DNA from: Promethearchaeota archaeon | GTDB taxonomy: Archaea; Asgardarchaeota; Lokiarchaeia; Sigyniarchaeales; SOKP01 | DNA length: 57,396 nt | Direction of reading: 5' to 3' | Assembly: GCA_016930515.1 (NCBI GenBank) | Contig: JAFGGO010000162.1 | Span: 1-57,396, forward strand | Shown: positions 47,526 through 57,310 of the stretch, piece after piece | Layout: each line of letters opens with the position of its first letter | How positions within the stretch are numbered: position 1 is the first letter of the stretch | Program-made: the position numbers and the translations under genes | Notes under the pieces: generated by a model | The model's input: the letters and a program-made list of their open reading frames with translations, nothing else | Told to the model about the DNA's origin: nothing | The model's database searches: none

Positions 47526-49205
47526 ATGGCACAATTAGGCGGTCAACCCATCTTCATCATGAAGGAAGGCACCGAAAGAACCCGTGGCAAGGACGCCATG
47601 GAAAACAACATCGCTGCCGCAAAAGTCATCGCAGAAGCCGTGCGAACCTCCCTCGGACCTCGGGGAATGGACAAGATGCTCGTCGACCAGTTCGGAGATG
47701 TCGTCATCACCAACGATGGCGCCACGATCCTCAAGGAAATCGACGTCCAGCATCCCGCAGCCAAGATGATGGTAGAAGTTGCCAAGACGCAAGACTCCGA
47801 AGTTGGCGACGGAACCACCACCTCGGTCATCCTGGCTGGAGAGCTACTCAAGAGAGCCGAAAAGCTCCTCCAGCAAAAAATACACCCCACCGTCATCACG
47901 GAAGGGTTCAGGAAAGCGGCAGACAAGGCGGTCGAGATCCTCGACGCAATGTCCATCAAGTCGGGCATTGACGACAAGAAGGGCCTCAAGAACGCCGCAA
48001 TGACGTGCATGTCCTCGAAGATCGTCGTCGAGTCGAAAGACAAGCTCGCCGACATCTGCATCGGCGCCATCGAAGCCGTTGCCGAAAAGGACGGAAACGG
48101 AAAATGGGTTGCAGATATCGATAAAATTCAAATTCAGAAGAAACAAGGAGACATGATTGACGATACCAGCCTCATCAAGGGTATCATCCTCGATAAAGAG
48201 GTAGTCGCGCCCGGCATGCCCAAGAGCATCAAGGACGCCAAGATCTTGCTCACGCAGTCGGCGATCGAGATCGAAAAGACCGAGTTTGACGCCAAGCTCC
48301 AGATTACCAGCCCGGAACAGATCCAGCAATTCTTGGACGAAGAAGAAAAGATGCTTCGCGATATGGCCGAGAAGATCGTGAAATCTGGCGCAAATGTGGT
48401 CATCTGCCAGAAAGGCATCGACGACATGGCACAGCACTTTCTCGCTCGAGCGGGCATAATGGTCGTGAGGAGGGTAAAGAAATCTGACCTTGAAAAGCTT
48501 TCGAAGGCCACCGGCGGCATGATCTTGACTAACCTGGACGACGCAAAACCCGAGAATTTGGGATACGCAGGACTCGTTGAGGAGAGAAAGGTCATGAACG
48601 ATTCTTGGGTCTTCATCGAGGAGTGCAAGAACCCGAAATCGGTCGTCATCCTCATTCGGGGAGGTACCGAGCTCGTCATTGACGAGGTAGAGAGGGCGTT
48701 GCACGACGCACTCTGCGTGATCAGGGACGTGGTAGAAGACCAGAAGATCGTGGGTGGTGGCGGTGCTCCCGAATTGGAGACGGCCATTCAGCTCCGAGAA
48801 TATGCTTCCACATTAGGCGGCCGTGAACAGCTGGCGGTCGAGGTGTTCGCAGACTCCTTGGACATCATCCCGAAAACACTCGCCGAGAACGCGGGTCTCG
48901 ATCAGATCGACGTGCTCATGAAGCTCAGGGCGGCGCACCAGAAGGGATACAAGTTCGCCGGGCACGACATGGAAACGGGCGAGGTAGTTAACAACATGAT
49001 GGAAGTTGGCGTTGTCGAGCCGACGTCCGTGAAGATTCAAGCCATCAAGAGCTCCACCGAAGCTACTTGCATGATCCTGCGCATTGACGACGTAATTGCG
49101 GGCGTAAAATCCGCAGGACCTCCCGGCGGTGGAATGCCACCTGGCATGGGAGGCATGCCGCCTGGCATGGGAGGCATGGGAGGCATGCCACCTGGCATGA
49201 TGTAG
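47526..49205 (+). CDS. ths: Thermosome (group II chaperonin) subunit
   Basis: [37 protein letters not shown]; GGM-rich tail. Confidence 0.97.
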   Translation: MAQLGGQPIFIMKEGTERTRGKDAMENNIAAAKVIAEAVRTSLGPRGMDKMLVDQFGDVVITNDGATILKEIDVQHPAAKMMVEVAKTQDSEVGDGTTTSVILAGELLKRAEKLLQQKIHPTVITEGFRKAADKAVEILDAMSIKSGIDDKKGLKNAAMTCMSSKIVVESKDKLADICIGAIEAVAEKDGNGKWVADIDKIQIQKKQGDMIDDTSLIKGIILDKEVVAPGMPKSIKDAKILLTQSAIEIEKTEFDAKLQITSPEQIQQFLDEEEKMLRDMAEKIVKSGANVVICQKGIDDMAQHFLARAGIMVVRRVKKSDLEKLSKATGGMILTNLDDAKPENLGYAGLVEERKVMNDSWVFIEECKNPKSVVILIRGGTELVIDEVERALHDALCVIRDVVEDQKIVGGGGAPELETAIQLREYASTLGGREQLAVEVFADSLDIIPKTLAENAGLDQIDVLMKLRAAHQKGYKFAGHDMETGEVVNNMMEVGVVEPTSVKIQAIKSSTEATCMILRIDDVIAGVKSAGPPGGGMPPGMGGMPPGMGGMGGMPPGMM

Positions 49206-49206
49206 A

Positions 49207-49260
49207 ATTTTACTTTAATTTACTTTCTTTTTTTATTATCTTTTTATCCAATTCTTTATT
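49207..49260 (+). terminator. T-rich archaeal terminator after the thermosome gene
   Basis: Multiple oligo-T tracts directly after the TAG. Confidence 0.5.
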
Positions 49261-49380
49261 ATCACTAATCTTATCCAGGATAATATCATTTTGGTAAATC
49301 TTTTTCATCATATATGATTCTCTCTAGAATATCACTTTCTCGAGGTTTAATAGGTTACTTTCTAACTAAGTTTATAAGAA

Positions 49381-51228
49381 TTGGTTCCCAAGAAAATGAA
49401 AGATTCTTATAATGAAAACTCCGATATTAAAGGCAAACCTTATGGATATATCTATAGGATTACGAACGATATAAACGGTAAAGTTTATATTGGCAAGGTT
49501 GAATGTGAGCGATTCGGAGAAGAGGATCCCCTGGAAGGTCGATTTGGTGAACATGTGAACATTGCCGAAAAGCTTCAAAAAAAGCGAGATAATAATCCTA
49601 GCGAGAAATTCTACGGCACGCACTTGAATAACGCAATCAATTACTATGGTGTCGAGAAATTCAACATAGAAATGATTGACAATGCGCAATCCTTGGAAGA
49701 ATTGAACTCCAAAGAAAAACATCACATTAAAGAACACGATTCAATGGATCCGAACAAGGGATACAACATGCGAGAAGGTGGAGAAGGTGGAAGATTACAT
49801 CCAGATACTATTGAGAAATTAAGAGAGATTAGTCTTGATAAATGGCAAGATGAGAAATATCGAGAAAAAGTCCTTGAGAGCTTAAAGGATGCAATGAGCG
49901 ATCCAACTTATCATAAAAATATGAGCGAAGCTATCACGAATAAATGGCAAGATGAAAAGTATCGGGAAAAGCAAGAAAAGGAAAGACAAGAACGTATTCA
50001 AAATAAACCCGAATGGAGCAATACTATGAGCGAAGTTATCAAGGATAAATGGCAAGATGAAAAATATCGGGGAAAACAAATAAAAGAAAGGCAAGAACGA
50101 GCTCTGAAAAATCCCGAATTTAAAGATATTATGAGTGAGAGAAATCAGGATCGAGCCAAGGATCCAAATTGGAGAGAAAAAATGACCAGGATAAACCAAG
50201 AACGAGCCAAGGATCCAAATTGGAGAGATAAAATGAGCGAAGTCATCTCAGAGAAATGGCAAGATAAAGAATATCGGGAAAAAATGGATAAATACCACGA
50301 ACAAATGAAAAAACACATAAATCTTAAAGAAACTCTCAATGACATCAAGGCAGGTGCGACAAAGAGCGAAATTCTCAAGAAACAAGACATTGGCAAAACT
50401 GCCTTTTCTAAAAGAATAGAAGAGCATTTTGGATATCAAGACATACACAACTTTACCGAGCTCAAGGAATCGCTCAAGAACAAAAGCGTGGAAGACGCAA
50501 TCCGAGAGCTGGAAGAACACTCCAAGGAAAAGGAACTCAAGCAATCCGAACACCCTGACGCTAAGCTCCCAGACGCTTCTAGAAATACAGATATCAAGGG
50601 AGACGTCCCTGAAAAATCAAGCGAAAAACTCCATCCGAAAGAAAATCTTGTTCCCGATCAACCAAGCCTGGAAGGTTCAAAGGATCTCCAGCAGGATCGA
50701 GAGCAAGAGCAGGAACTAAAGCAAGAGGAAACTCCAAAAATAGTTGAACCGACGCCAATAGTAGACGATTTCCAATGGTTAGAGGATGAACTAACACCAG
50801 AAGCTTCTCAAGAGAAGCAGCCAATCGTTTCAGACGAGGTTATTCAAGATGAAAAGGGAATTCGTGAGCAGCTAGATATTCCAAACGACGACAAGAAAAA
50901 GCAACCAACTAATTCCGAAAAAAATCAGGATACAAAGACCAAGGATGGGAACAAAAAGGACAATACCCTCAAGAGCGGCCATTACGCGAGGCACGACAAT
51001 TCCAATCACGCTAAAAGAGCCCCTTACTGCGTTCCCTACGAGCGGCTCGAAGTTGAGGATCGACCAACGGCGATTAACGATTTCGACTTTGATGGGATAT
51101 CGGCTCAATGCGACGATTCCTTGGATACGAGCCTGTTCGAAGACTCTGACGATTCTAAAGAAAGCGACCTTGGGGGTCTGGGGAACTTTTCCGGCTCGGA
51201 GGGAAGCTCGTCCGAGTTTTTCGACTAA
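49381..51228 (+). CDS. GIY-YIG endonuclease with NUMOD3-like helical repeats and an acidic disordered tail (in frame with the downstream ATPase)
   Basis: YGYIYRITNDINGKVYIGK, R..EH, LNSKEKHHI, GYNMREGG; repeated KWQDEKYREK and RAKDPNWREKM. Confidence 0.85.
   Translation: MVPKKMKDSYNENSDIKGKPYGYIYRITNDINGKVYIGKVECERFGEEDPLEGRFGEHVNIAEKLQKKRDNNPSEKFYGTHLNNAINYYGVEKFNIEMIDNAQSLEELNSKEKHHIKEHDSMDPNKGYNMREGGEGGRLHPDTIEKLREISLDKWQDEKYREKVLESLKDAMSDPTYHKNMSEAITNKWQDEKYREKQEKERQERIQNKPEWSNTMSEVIKDKWQDEKYRGKQIKERQERALKNPEFKDIMSERNQDRAKDPNWREKMTRINQERAKDPNWRDKMSEVISEKWQDKEYREKMDKYHEQMKKHINLKETLNDIKAGATKSEILKKQDIGKTAFSKRIEEHFGYQDIHNFTELKESLKNKSVEDAIRELEEHSKEKELKQSEHPDAKLPDASRNTDIKGDVPEKSSEKLHPKENLVPDQPSLEGSKDLQQDREQEQELKQEETPKIVEPTPIVDDFQWLEDELTPEASQEKQPIVSDEVIQDEKGIREQLDIPNDDKKKQPTNSEKNQDTKTKDGNKKDNTLKSGHYARHDNSNHAKRAPYCVPYERLEVEDRPTAINDFDFDGISAQCDDSLDTSLFEDSDDSKESDLGGLGNFSGSEGSSSEFFD
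49841..50283 (+). repeat. Intragenic imperfect tandem repeats
   Basis: aaatggcaagat...tatcg occurs 4 times (about 49841, 49943, 50048, 50254); cgagccaaggatccaaattggagaga occurs twice (50152, 50203). Confidence 0.85.
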
Positions 51229-53406
51229 AAATCCAATGACATTCAAGGGAGGTTTGGAACCATCGCGAATAACACTCATCGAAAAGAAAAACCACAAACC
51301 CAAGGAAGTTCTCAAGCTCACGCAGTTCAGGAAGCTCACGGGAGCGATCAACGGACATGGCAGGTAAGGATTTCCCTCACGCAAGCACCCCACCCATACC
51401 AACAAGACCTGCTCATACGCGAATACGAGGAAGAATGGCAAGAATCCGAACCGTGGCGCAGTTTCTTGTACGATCCAACGTTAGGGGAACCCCCAGGGAC
51501 TTACGGGCTCGAACTCGAGGCGGGAAGGACATTCAGGGCAACATTTTACACCAGTGCGAACTCCGAAGAGCAAGCTTGGCAAGTCGGTCGCTCGTGGTTG
51601 GCAAGCCTGAGGTACAAGTTCCTCGGTCTGGACGGTTCCCTGGAAGTATTCCCGCGCTCTGATCAGTTAACAACGCAAGAGGTCGAAAATCTACTTAGAG
51701 ATGATGGACTCGAGAACTTGAGTAATACTTGCGAGGATCGTAAAAATTCAAAACAAGAGAAATTGTTCGAAATATCGTTTCCTAACGGTCTGTTAAGAAA
51801 AAAAATTAACCCGGTAGAAAAGTTCGTGAACCTGTTCTATCAAAAATCTAGCTCTCACGTTCACGCGTTCCTTGCGTGGCAGCGAAGCAAGACCAGTTTC
51901 GGTCCGATAGAAGAAGTTGGCCAAAGGCTATCTCGCGCCTTTAAGATAAGAATGTTCTTCTGGCAAGAGATGCATAGAGGGAACGATCTCTTCCTCGCCA
52001 ACTACATCAACGATCAAGTCCAGGATAAGAACAATTTTCCCGGCTTGTTATCGTTCATGACATTAAACCTTGAAACCTGCGACGGTATACCTGCTAAAAT
52101 CATAAAAGTTCGAAATCTTTCTCGGGATAACATGTATCGCTTGAGATTCTTTGACGATCCAAAGGCAGAATTCTTTTTGCTTAACGAACGAGAGCTGTCG
52201 TTTGACTTCCCGGAAGATATGCCCCTCCCGCGCTTCCCCATCGTTCAAGGGGAAAATGTGCGATACATCGATCTTTCTAACCAGTTCGTCGAGAAGGCCG
52301 TGAGCGTTGGAACTCATCTCAAGGACGGCGTGGTGACCAATCACGAGGTTTACGTGCCCATTGACAAGCTTCCCCAGGACGTCGCCATTTTCGGCAAGTC
52401 GGGCAGTGGCAAGACATTTTTCCTCGCACGGTTCGTTCAAGAACTGGTGAGAAAAGCCAAACAAGTCGGCATCCTCGTGCTAAACCTATCTAAAACATCC
52501 CAAGAGATATTTTATCCTGACTTTCGAATCGTTCGCTATTCCGACGATGGTTTTTCGCTTCCATATCATTTCGAACCGCCCGGAACGCCTCGAGAAAAGC
52601 TACTCCAAGAAACAGCCACCTTCATATGTGCTTCGCTCGGTCTCAAGAATGTGTTCGAAAAGATCCTGTATCGCACGCAGGTTGGTTTTTACCGCAAGCT
52701 CGGCAGTCTTCCCGAGCATTTTTTCCAGTTACTTTCTGGTGTCGAGAACTACATTCGCAACAACCCCTACGGTCCCGAAGAGCAAGCAAACCTGCTCCAA
52801 GTATTTCGGAATCGTAAGAATGTCTTTGACGAGGAAAAGATCAACGAGGTTCTGAAAAAATGTAATTCCTTGCCTGAATGGCTTAAAAACTGGTTTAATG
52901 GAGAGAACATCTTCCTCGACCTCGCCGAGTGCAGCAAATTTGTCAAGCCACTGCTGGTCAACTGCCTGTTTCAAGTGGTTCGAACGGTGACAAAGGACGA
53001 GATTTTCGAGCGCCTAAAGCACCTGATCGTCATCGACGAGGCGCACGCCATACTGGAAAAACCAATCACAAACAACAGCGACGACTCCGATTTCATTGTC
53101 AAGGAACAAATGAGCAAGATCTTTTCCAAACTACTGAAGGAGTATCGAAGTCGTGGTGTTGGATTTGTTCTGGCCGATCAATCCCCTTCAACCCTATTTG
53201 GAGATGTGGTTACTCAACCAAGCGTGAAAGTCATATTTCGGCAGGATTATCCCAATAATCTCTTATTTTCGGAATCATCTGATGAACGTCAATCTATAAC
53301 ACAATTTCCTAATAGGATTGCACTTATACTTAATGGTGCCACAGGTGAGAAATATCTTATAAAGACGATAGATATTAATATATTTAGGTTAATAGAAAAA
53401 AATTAG
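51229..53406 (+). CDS. HerA/FtsK/VirB4-superfamily ATPase (DUF87-like); start uncertain
   Basis: Walker A FGKSGSGKT, Walker B LIVIDEAH, EYRSRGVGFVLADQSPS. The frame is open from 51229; the tracked start is TTG 51466. Confidence 0.82.
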   Translation, partial: KSNDIQGRFGTIANNTHRKEKPQTQGSSQAHAVQEAHGSDQRTWQVRISLTQAPHPYQQDLLIREYEEEWQESEPWRSFLYDPTLGEPPGTYGLELEAGRTFRATFYTSANSEEQAWQVGRSWLASLRYKFLGLDGSLEVFPRSDQLTTQEVENLLRDDGLENLSNTCEDRKNSKQEKLFEISFPNGLLRKKINPVEKFVNLFYQKSSSHVHAFLAWQRSKTSFGPIEEVGQRLSRAFKIRMFFWQEMHRGNDLFLANYINDQVQDKNNFPGLLSFMTLNLETCDGIPAKIIKVRNLSRDNMYRLRFFDDPKAEFFLLNERELSFDFPEDMPLPRFPIVQGENVRYIDLSNQFVEKAVSVGTHLKDGVVTNHEVYVPIDKLPQDVAIFGKSGSGKTFFLARFVQELVRKAKQVGILVLNLSKTSQEIFYPDFRIVRYSDDGFSLPYHFEPPGTPREKLLQETATFICASLGLKNVFEKILYRTQVGFYRKLGSLPEHFFQLLSGVENYIRNNPYGPEEQANLLQVFRNRKNVFDEEKINEVLKKCNSLPEWLKNWFNGENIFLDLAECSKFVKPLLVNCLFQVVRTVTKDEIFERLKHLIVIDEAHAILEKPITNNSDDSDFIVKEQMSKIFSKLLKEYRSRGVGFVLADQSPSTLFGDVVTQPSVKVIFRQDYPNNLLFSESSDERQSITQFPNRIALILNGATGEKYLIKTIDINIFRLIEKN

Positions 53407-53487
53407 GATCGATGAATCTTTAGAAAGATTTAAATCATTAATATAACAAAAATTATTAATTTAATAAATGTAATACTACTCTTTAAA

Positions 53488-54852
53488 ATGAGTTCTACAA
53501 ATTCCAGTAACTTATATATATCAAAAATCATCGTTGAAAAGCTATTTGGTAAATATTCGTATGAAATACCTAATCTCAAAGAAGAATTTGTTGATTATTC
53601 AAGTATAATGATCTTATATGGATTTAATGGATCAGGGAAAACAACAATTTTAAATTTGCTATTTAATCTATTATCATACGCTGAAAGAAGCGGACATAAA
53701 TCGTATATTTCAAATGTTGTTTTTGAAAAATTTGAAGTTCAGTTTAGTAATAATATTATAATAATTGCAAAAAGAAAACCTGGTAAACTTATTGGCGCTT
53801 TCGACATTATTGTTAATCATAAAGGAGAAAAAATTATTAAGTGTAAATTTATTGCAATAAAAGAAGATAAAGATCGTTTTTTTATTCCTGCTATGCAAGA
53901 AAGAATCTTGTATTATGCTCGAAAAGAAAAGTCTGAAAAAGATTATAGAGAACTAAATGAATACCTTTATAATCTTAACTTATCTCTTTATTATCTCACG
54001 GATGAAAGAAAAATTCTAAATATAAAGAGTACTTCTTTGGAAGAAGATTTGCTAAATAATAAAATCGATGAATTAGAATTGCTTAAACATTATAGAAGTG
54101 TAAAGAGTGATGGAAAAACAATTAAACAATCTATTAGAAGAGCTGAAGATTATTTACATAAACAAATAACTGAAACATTAACTAAGGTTGAAATTGACGT
54201 AAATAATATTTATTCTGAAATTATAAGCTCATTTGAAAAATCAACTTCAATCAAAGATGGAGATTTTGATGATATTAAAAATTTAAAAAAGGTTTTAGAA
54301 GATTTGTCAATTCAAAGTGAAAAATATGCGAAATTTAATTTAATGCCTCCTTTATCAATGAAAGATATAATTAAATCTATAGATAAAACATCAAAAGAGA
54401 ATTATCACACAATTATCTCTATTTTAAAACCTTATATAAATGGAATAAAATCTAAATTTTCTTCCTTAGAAAAATTATATAATATTTTAAAGCTATTCAC
54501 AGATTATTTAAGTAATTTTTTTTTTGATAAGGAGGTAGAGTATCGATTAAATGAAGGTATAGTTATTTCAGATAGAGGAATTATTTTAAATCCAGAAAAA
54601 TTATCCTCTGGTGAAATACAATTGCTAACATTATTTTGTAATATTTTACCTGCTCGAAAACATTCAAGTATTTTTATAATTGATGAACCAGAAATATCGT
54701 TAAATGTTGAATGGCAAAGAGAATTAATTCCTGTTTTACTTGAATTAACAAAAGGAAACCAGATTCAATTCATTTTCGCAACACATTCAATTGAATTCTT
54801 AACATTATATAGTGAGAAAGTTGTTGATCTAGTTAATAATGCTGAAAGTTAG
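53488..54852 (+). CDS. ABC-type ATPase (AAA_15/AAA_21), AriA-like
   Basis: GFNGSGKTT, LSSGEIQ signature, IIDEPEISL, ATHS H-loop; no TM partner. Confidence 0.88.
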   Translation: MSSTNSSNLYISKIIVEKLFGKYSYEIPNLKEEFVDYSSIMILYGFNGSGKTTILNLLFNLLSYAERSGHKSYISNVVFEKFEVQFSNNIIIIAKRKPGKLIGAFDIIVNHKGEKIIKCKFIAIKEDKDRFFIPAMQERILYYARKEKSEKDYRELNEYLYNLNLSLYYLTDERKILNIKSTSLEEDLLNNKIDELELLKHYRSVKSDGKTIKQSIRRAEDYLHKQITETLTKVEIDVNNIYSEIISSFEKSTSIKDGDFDDIKNLKKVLEDLSIQSEKYAKFNLMPPLSMKDIIKSIDKTSKENYHTIISILKPYINGIKSKFSSLEKLYNILKLFTDYLSNFFFDKEVEYRLNEGIVISDRGIILNPEKLSSGEIQLLTLFCNILPARKHSSIFIIDEPEISLNVEWQRELIPVLLELTKGNQIQFIFATHSIEFLTLYSEKVVDLVNNAES

Positions 54853-54863
54853 AGGTATATCTG

Positions 54864-55757
54864 TTGATTAATGGAAAACTCCGTAAACCAGAAGAAATAA
54901 TACAGAGATATAAAAAACATCCAAATTTTAGAGATATCTATTGTGAGGGGCCAACAGATAAAAATTTCTATAATTTAGTTTTAAAAGAGCTAAATATCAA
55001 TGTAAAAATTTATCCGATATCTACATTAAATATTCAAGAAAGTATTGCTGAAAATCTAGGATTAAAACTTAAGTTAGAAGAAGGTGCTAAAAAGAATGTA
55101 ATTATACTTTCAAGGTTTCTGGAATCAAAATTAGAGAAGAAATATCTTACAAATTATCGTTGCATAATAGATAAAGATTTTGACTTTTATTTTGGTCTTG
55201 ATTATTCTTCTTTAACTTTATATACTACAGATTACAACTGTGTTGAGATGTATGTTTTTAATGAATTAGCAGTAAATAAATTTATTACACCATTTTCGAA
55301 TGTTCCATTTGATTCTAAAAAAATAATAAAAGAATTAAAAAATGTTTTAGAAAAGATGTTTTTAATAAGACTTGTTGATAAATCAATGAATTTATGTTCA
55401 GAATGGAAGAATTTTATTAATAATTGTAAAATTAAAAAATGTAAAATATATTTTAATTGTAATTCATTCTTGGAAAAATATTTTAATCAAAACAAGATAA
55501 CAGGAGAAAGAAGAAAAAGATTTTTAGAAGAGTTTAAAACATATAGACATCATATAACTAAAGATTGCCGAAATCAGATTCATAAGCTTGATCTCAGAAT
55601 GTTATTCATAAAATATATAAGAAGTTGTTGTAAAACAAGTGATTATAATAAAAATTCGGAGTTTTTTCCTCTATTTCAGAGTGTAGAAATCAACGATATA
55701 AAAAAGGAGAATTTATTTATAAAATTAAATACTTGGTACTTTAATTCGAATCATTGA
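54864..55757 (+). CDS. TOPRIM-like nuclease (DUF4435), AriB-like
   Basis: IYCEGPTD, IIDKDFD, YNCVEMY; GAGGT Shine-Dalgarno 11 bp after the ATPase stop. Confidence 0.78.
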   Translation: MINGKLRKPEEIIQRYKKHPNFRDIYCEGPTDKNFYNLVLKELNINVKIYPISTLNIQESIAENLGLKLKLEEGAKKNVIILSRFLESKLEKKYLTNYRCIIDKDFDFYFGLDYSSLTLYTTDYNCVEMYVFNELAVNKFITPFSNVPFDSKKIIKELKNVLEKMFLIRLVDKSMNLCSEWKNFINNCKIKKCKIYFNCNSFLEKYFNQNKITGERRKRFLEEFKTYRHHITKDCRNQIHKLDLRMLFIKYIRSCCKTSDYNKNSEFFPLFQSVEINDIKKENLFIKLNTWYFNSNH

Positions 55758-55990
55758 AAACAAATGTTTTCAAATTAAATCCCTTGAATTTATTTATTTT
55801 ATAAAATTGAATAAATTGATTCATTGTTTAATGAAGATAAGTATAGTGTTTAAAAGGACATTACCTTCGATAAAATATTGTTTTTTTATATAGAATTTAT
55901 AAACCTTTGGTAACAAAGTTATTGCTAATTCAAATTTACCATCCAAAATAATACTTACAACTTTTTATAATCTTTTTCGTGTTATTTATT

Positions 55991-57310
55991 TTACATAATA
56001 ATTTTTATTTGATCCAAAATCTTTTTTTTAAATATTTTTTGATTCATTTCAAATTTCATTAATCCTTGAATTAGATGGAACTTTTTGAATATCCATCTAT
56101 TTGGTAATTCCGTTTTTTCTAAATAAATAGGTAATATTGTTTTATGTTTCTGTATGGCTAATTCGATTTCGTTATTTACACCCTCAGATTCTATTGAATT
56201 AAGAGAAACAAATACTAATATCAATTTAGAATTGATCAACTTCTCAATTATAAAATCTTCATAATCAAGCGTTAGTTGGATTCCTTCATCATACCATAGA
56301 TTGAATCCTTTCTTATAAATATCATTTATGATTGGAAATACAAGGTTCAAATCTTTATGAGCATAACTAACAAAAATATAATCATTATCTCCATTATAGG
56401 CTTCAAAAGGAGGTGTCAAATTAAATAACGATTTTTCTTCTTGATTTATTTTATGTTTAGATATTAATTGATCTGATTCATAACGCTCTATTATATTATT
56501 TTCAGTACCAATTATTATGTATCTTCCTCTATTAACAATAAACAGAAATATAATTCTCTTTTCAAATTCTACAATTGATTCTAATTCCATTTTTTTCAAG
56601 TCCCAGCAATATAATAAATTTTCACTTGTTCCAAAAAGTTGTTTCTCATTAAAATTAATAGATAGATTGTCAATTTTTTTTTGAAAAGTATCAATTTCTC
56701 CAATAATATCTTTTAAATTTACATCCCAAATATAGATCTTTTCTTTTGAGTATGAAACTATATAATCTTCAAAAGAAATTATACTCAAAATAGGGCTTTC
56801 ATGTTTTTCTAATGTATGAATTAAATTACCTGTTTGGAGATTCCAAATTTTTATATCATAATCATCTGATCCACTATATATGTGCATATCATCTATAGCT
56901 ATAGTATTAACTCCTGCCGAATGTCCATCAAGTTGATGTAGTAAGATTTTTGATTTCAAATCCCAAATTTTAATGGTATTATCTTTCGAAGCAGATATTA
57001 ACTTATTGCTATTCTCAAGTAGCTTTAATGCTGTAATATTATGTCTATGTGCTGTCTTTTTCATAATATTGTTATTTGATTTAAGATCCCAAATATTAAT
57101 AGATTGGTCTTGGGAAAAACATACTAAATAATTATTGAGATCTACTATAATATGATTAACATTCTCTAAAATAAATTGAAATTCTAATTGATTTGAAAAA
57201 GTTTCAATATCGAGTATTTCTAAAATATTGTTGTTTAGAAGAAGTACTAATTTAGTATGATCTAAACTCATACACGCAGAATGGATCCCAATATTCCTCT
57301 CGATCTTCAT
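55991..57310 (-). CDS. WD40-repeat plus TIR-domain protein
   Basis: WD40 units (AHRHNITAL...SASKDNTIKIWD; GHSAGVNTI...SGSDDYDIKIWN). TIR: YIFVSYAHKD...WYDEGI...FVSLNSIESEGVNNEIELA...ILPIYLE. Confidence 0.88.
   Translation of the reverse strand: MKIERNIGIHSACMSLDHTKLVLLLNNNILEILDIETFSNQLEFQFILENVNHIIVDLNNYLVCFSQDQSINIWDLKSNNNIMKKTAHRHNITALKLLENSNKLISASKDNTIKIWDLKSKILLHQLDGHSAGVNTIAIDDMHIYSGSDDYDIKIWNLQTGNLIHTLEKHESPILSIISFEDYIVSYSKEKIYIWDVNLKDIIGEIDTFQKKIDNLSINFNEKQLFGTSENLLYCWDLKKMELESIVEFEKRIIFLFIVNRGRYIIIGTENNIIERYESDQLISKHKINQEEKSLFNLTPPFEAYNGDNDYIFVSYAHKDLNLVFPIINDIYKKGFNLWYDEGIQLTLDYEDFIIEKLINSKLILVFVSLNSIESEGVNNEIELAIQKHKTILPIYLEKTELPNRWIFKKFHLIQGLMKFEMNQKIFKKKILDQIKIIM

Noticed and set aside
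49124-49202. Short tandem repeats (ggcatg/ggaggcatg)
   Set aside because: They encode the ordinary GGM-rich chaperonin tail.
47526-49205. High GC of the thermosome gene and long antisense ORFs (47844..48704, 48134..48787) suggesting HGT or overlapping genes
   Set aside because: C/G-ending codon bias in a highly expressed chaperonin explains both. The protein is a normal archaeal thermosome, and the antisense ORFs have no motifs.
49841-50283. CRISPR array
   Set aside because: The repeats are degenerate, in frame and protein-coding with irregular spacing; no cas genes are present.
44430-51228. TAA stop-codon reassignment suggested by in-frame TAAs at 44430, 51226 and 34468
   Set aside because: Conserved genes (thrS, prs, rpl40e, rpl38e) end at TAA at their expected C-termini, so TAA is a normal stop.
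50945-51662. Alternative-frame ORFs 50945..51367, 51357..51662 and antisense 50872..51441 as separate genes
   Set aside because: No motifs. The continuous GIY-YIG/ATPase frame explains the region more simply, although a short ORF from ATG 51236 cannot be excluded.
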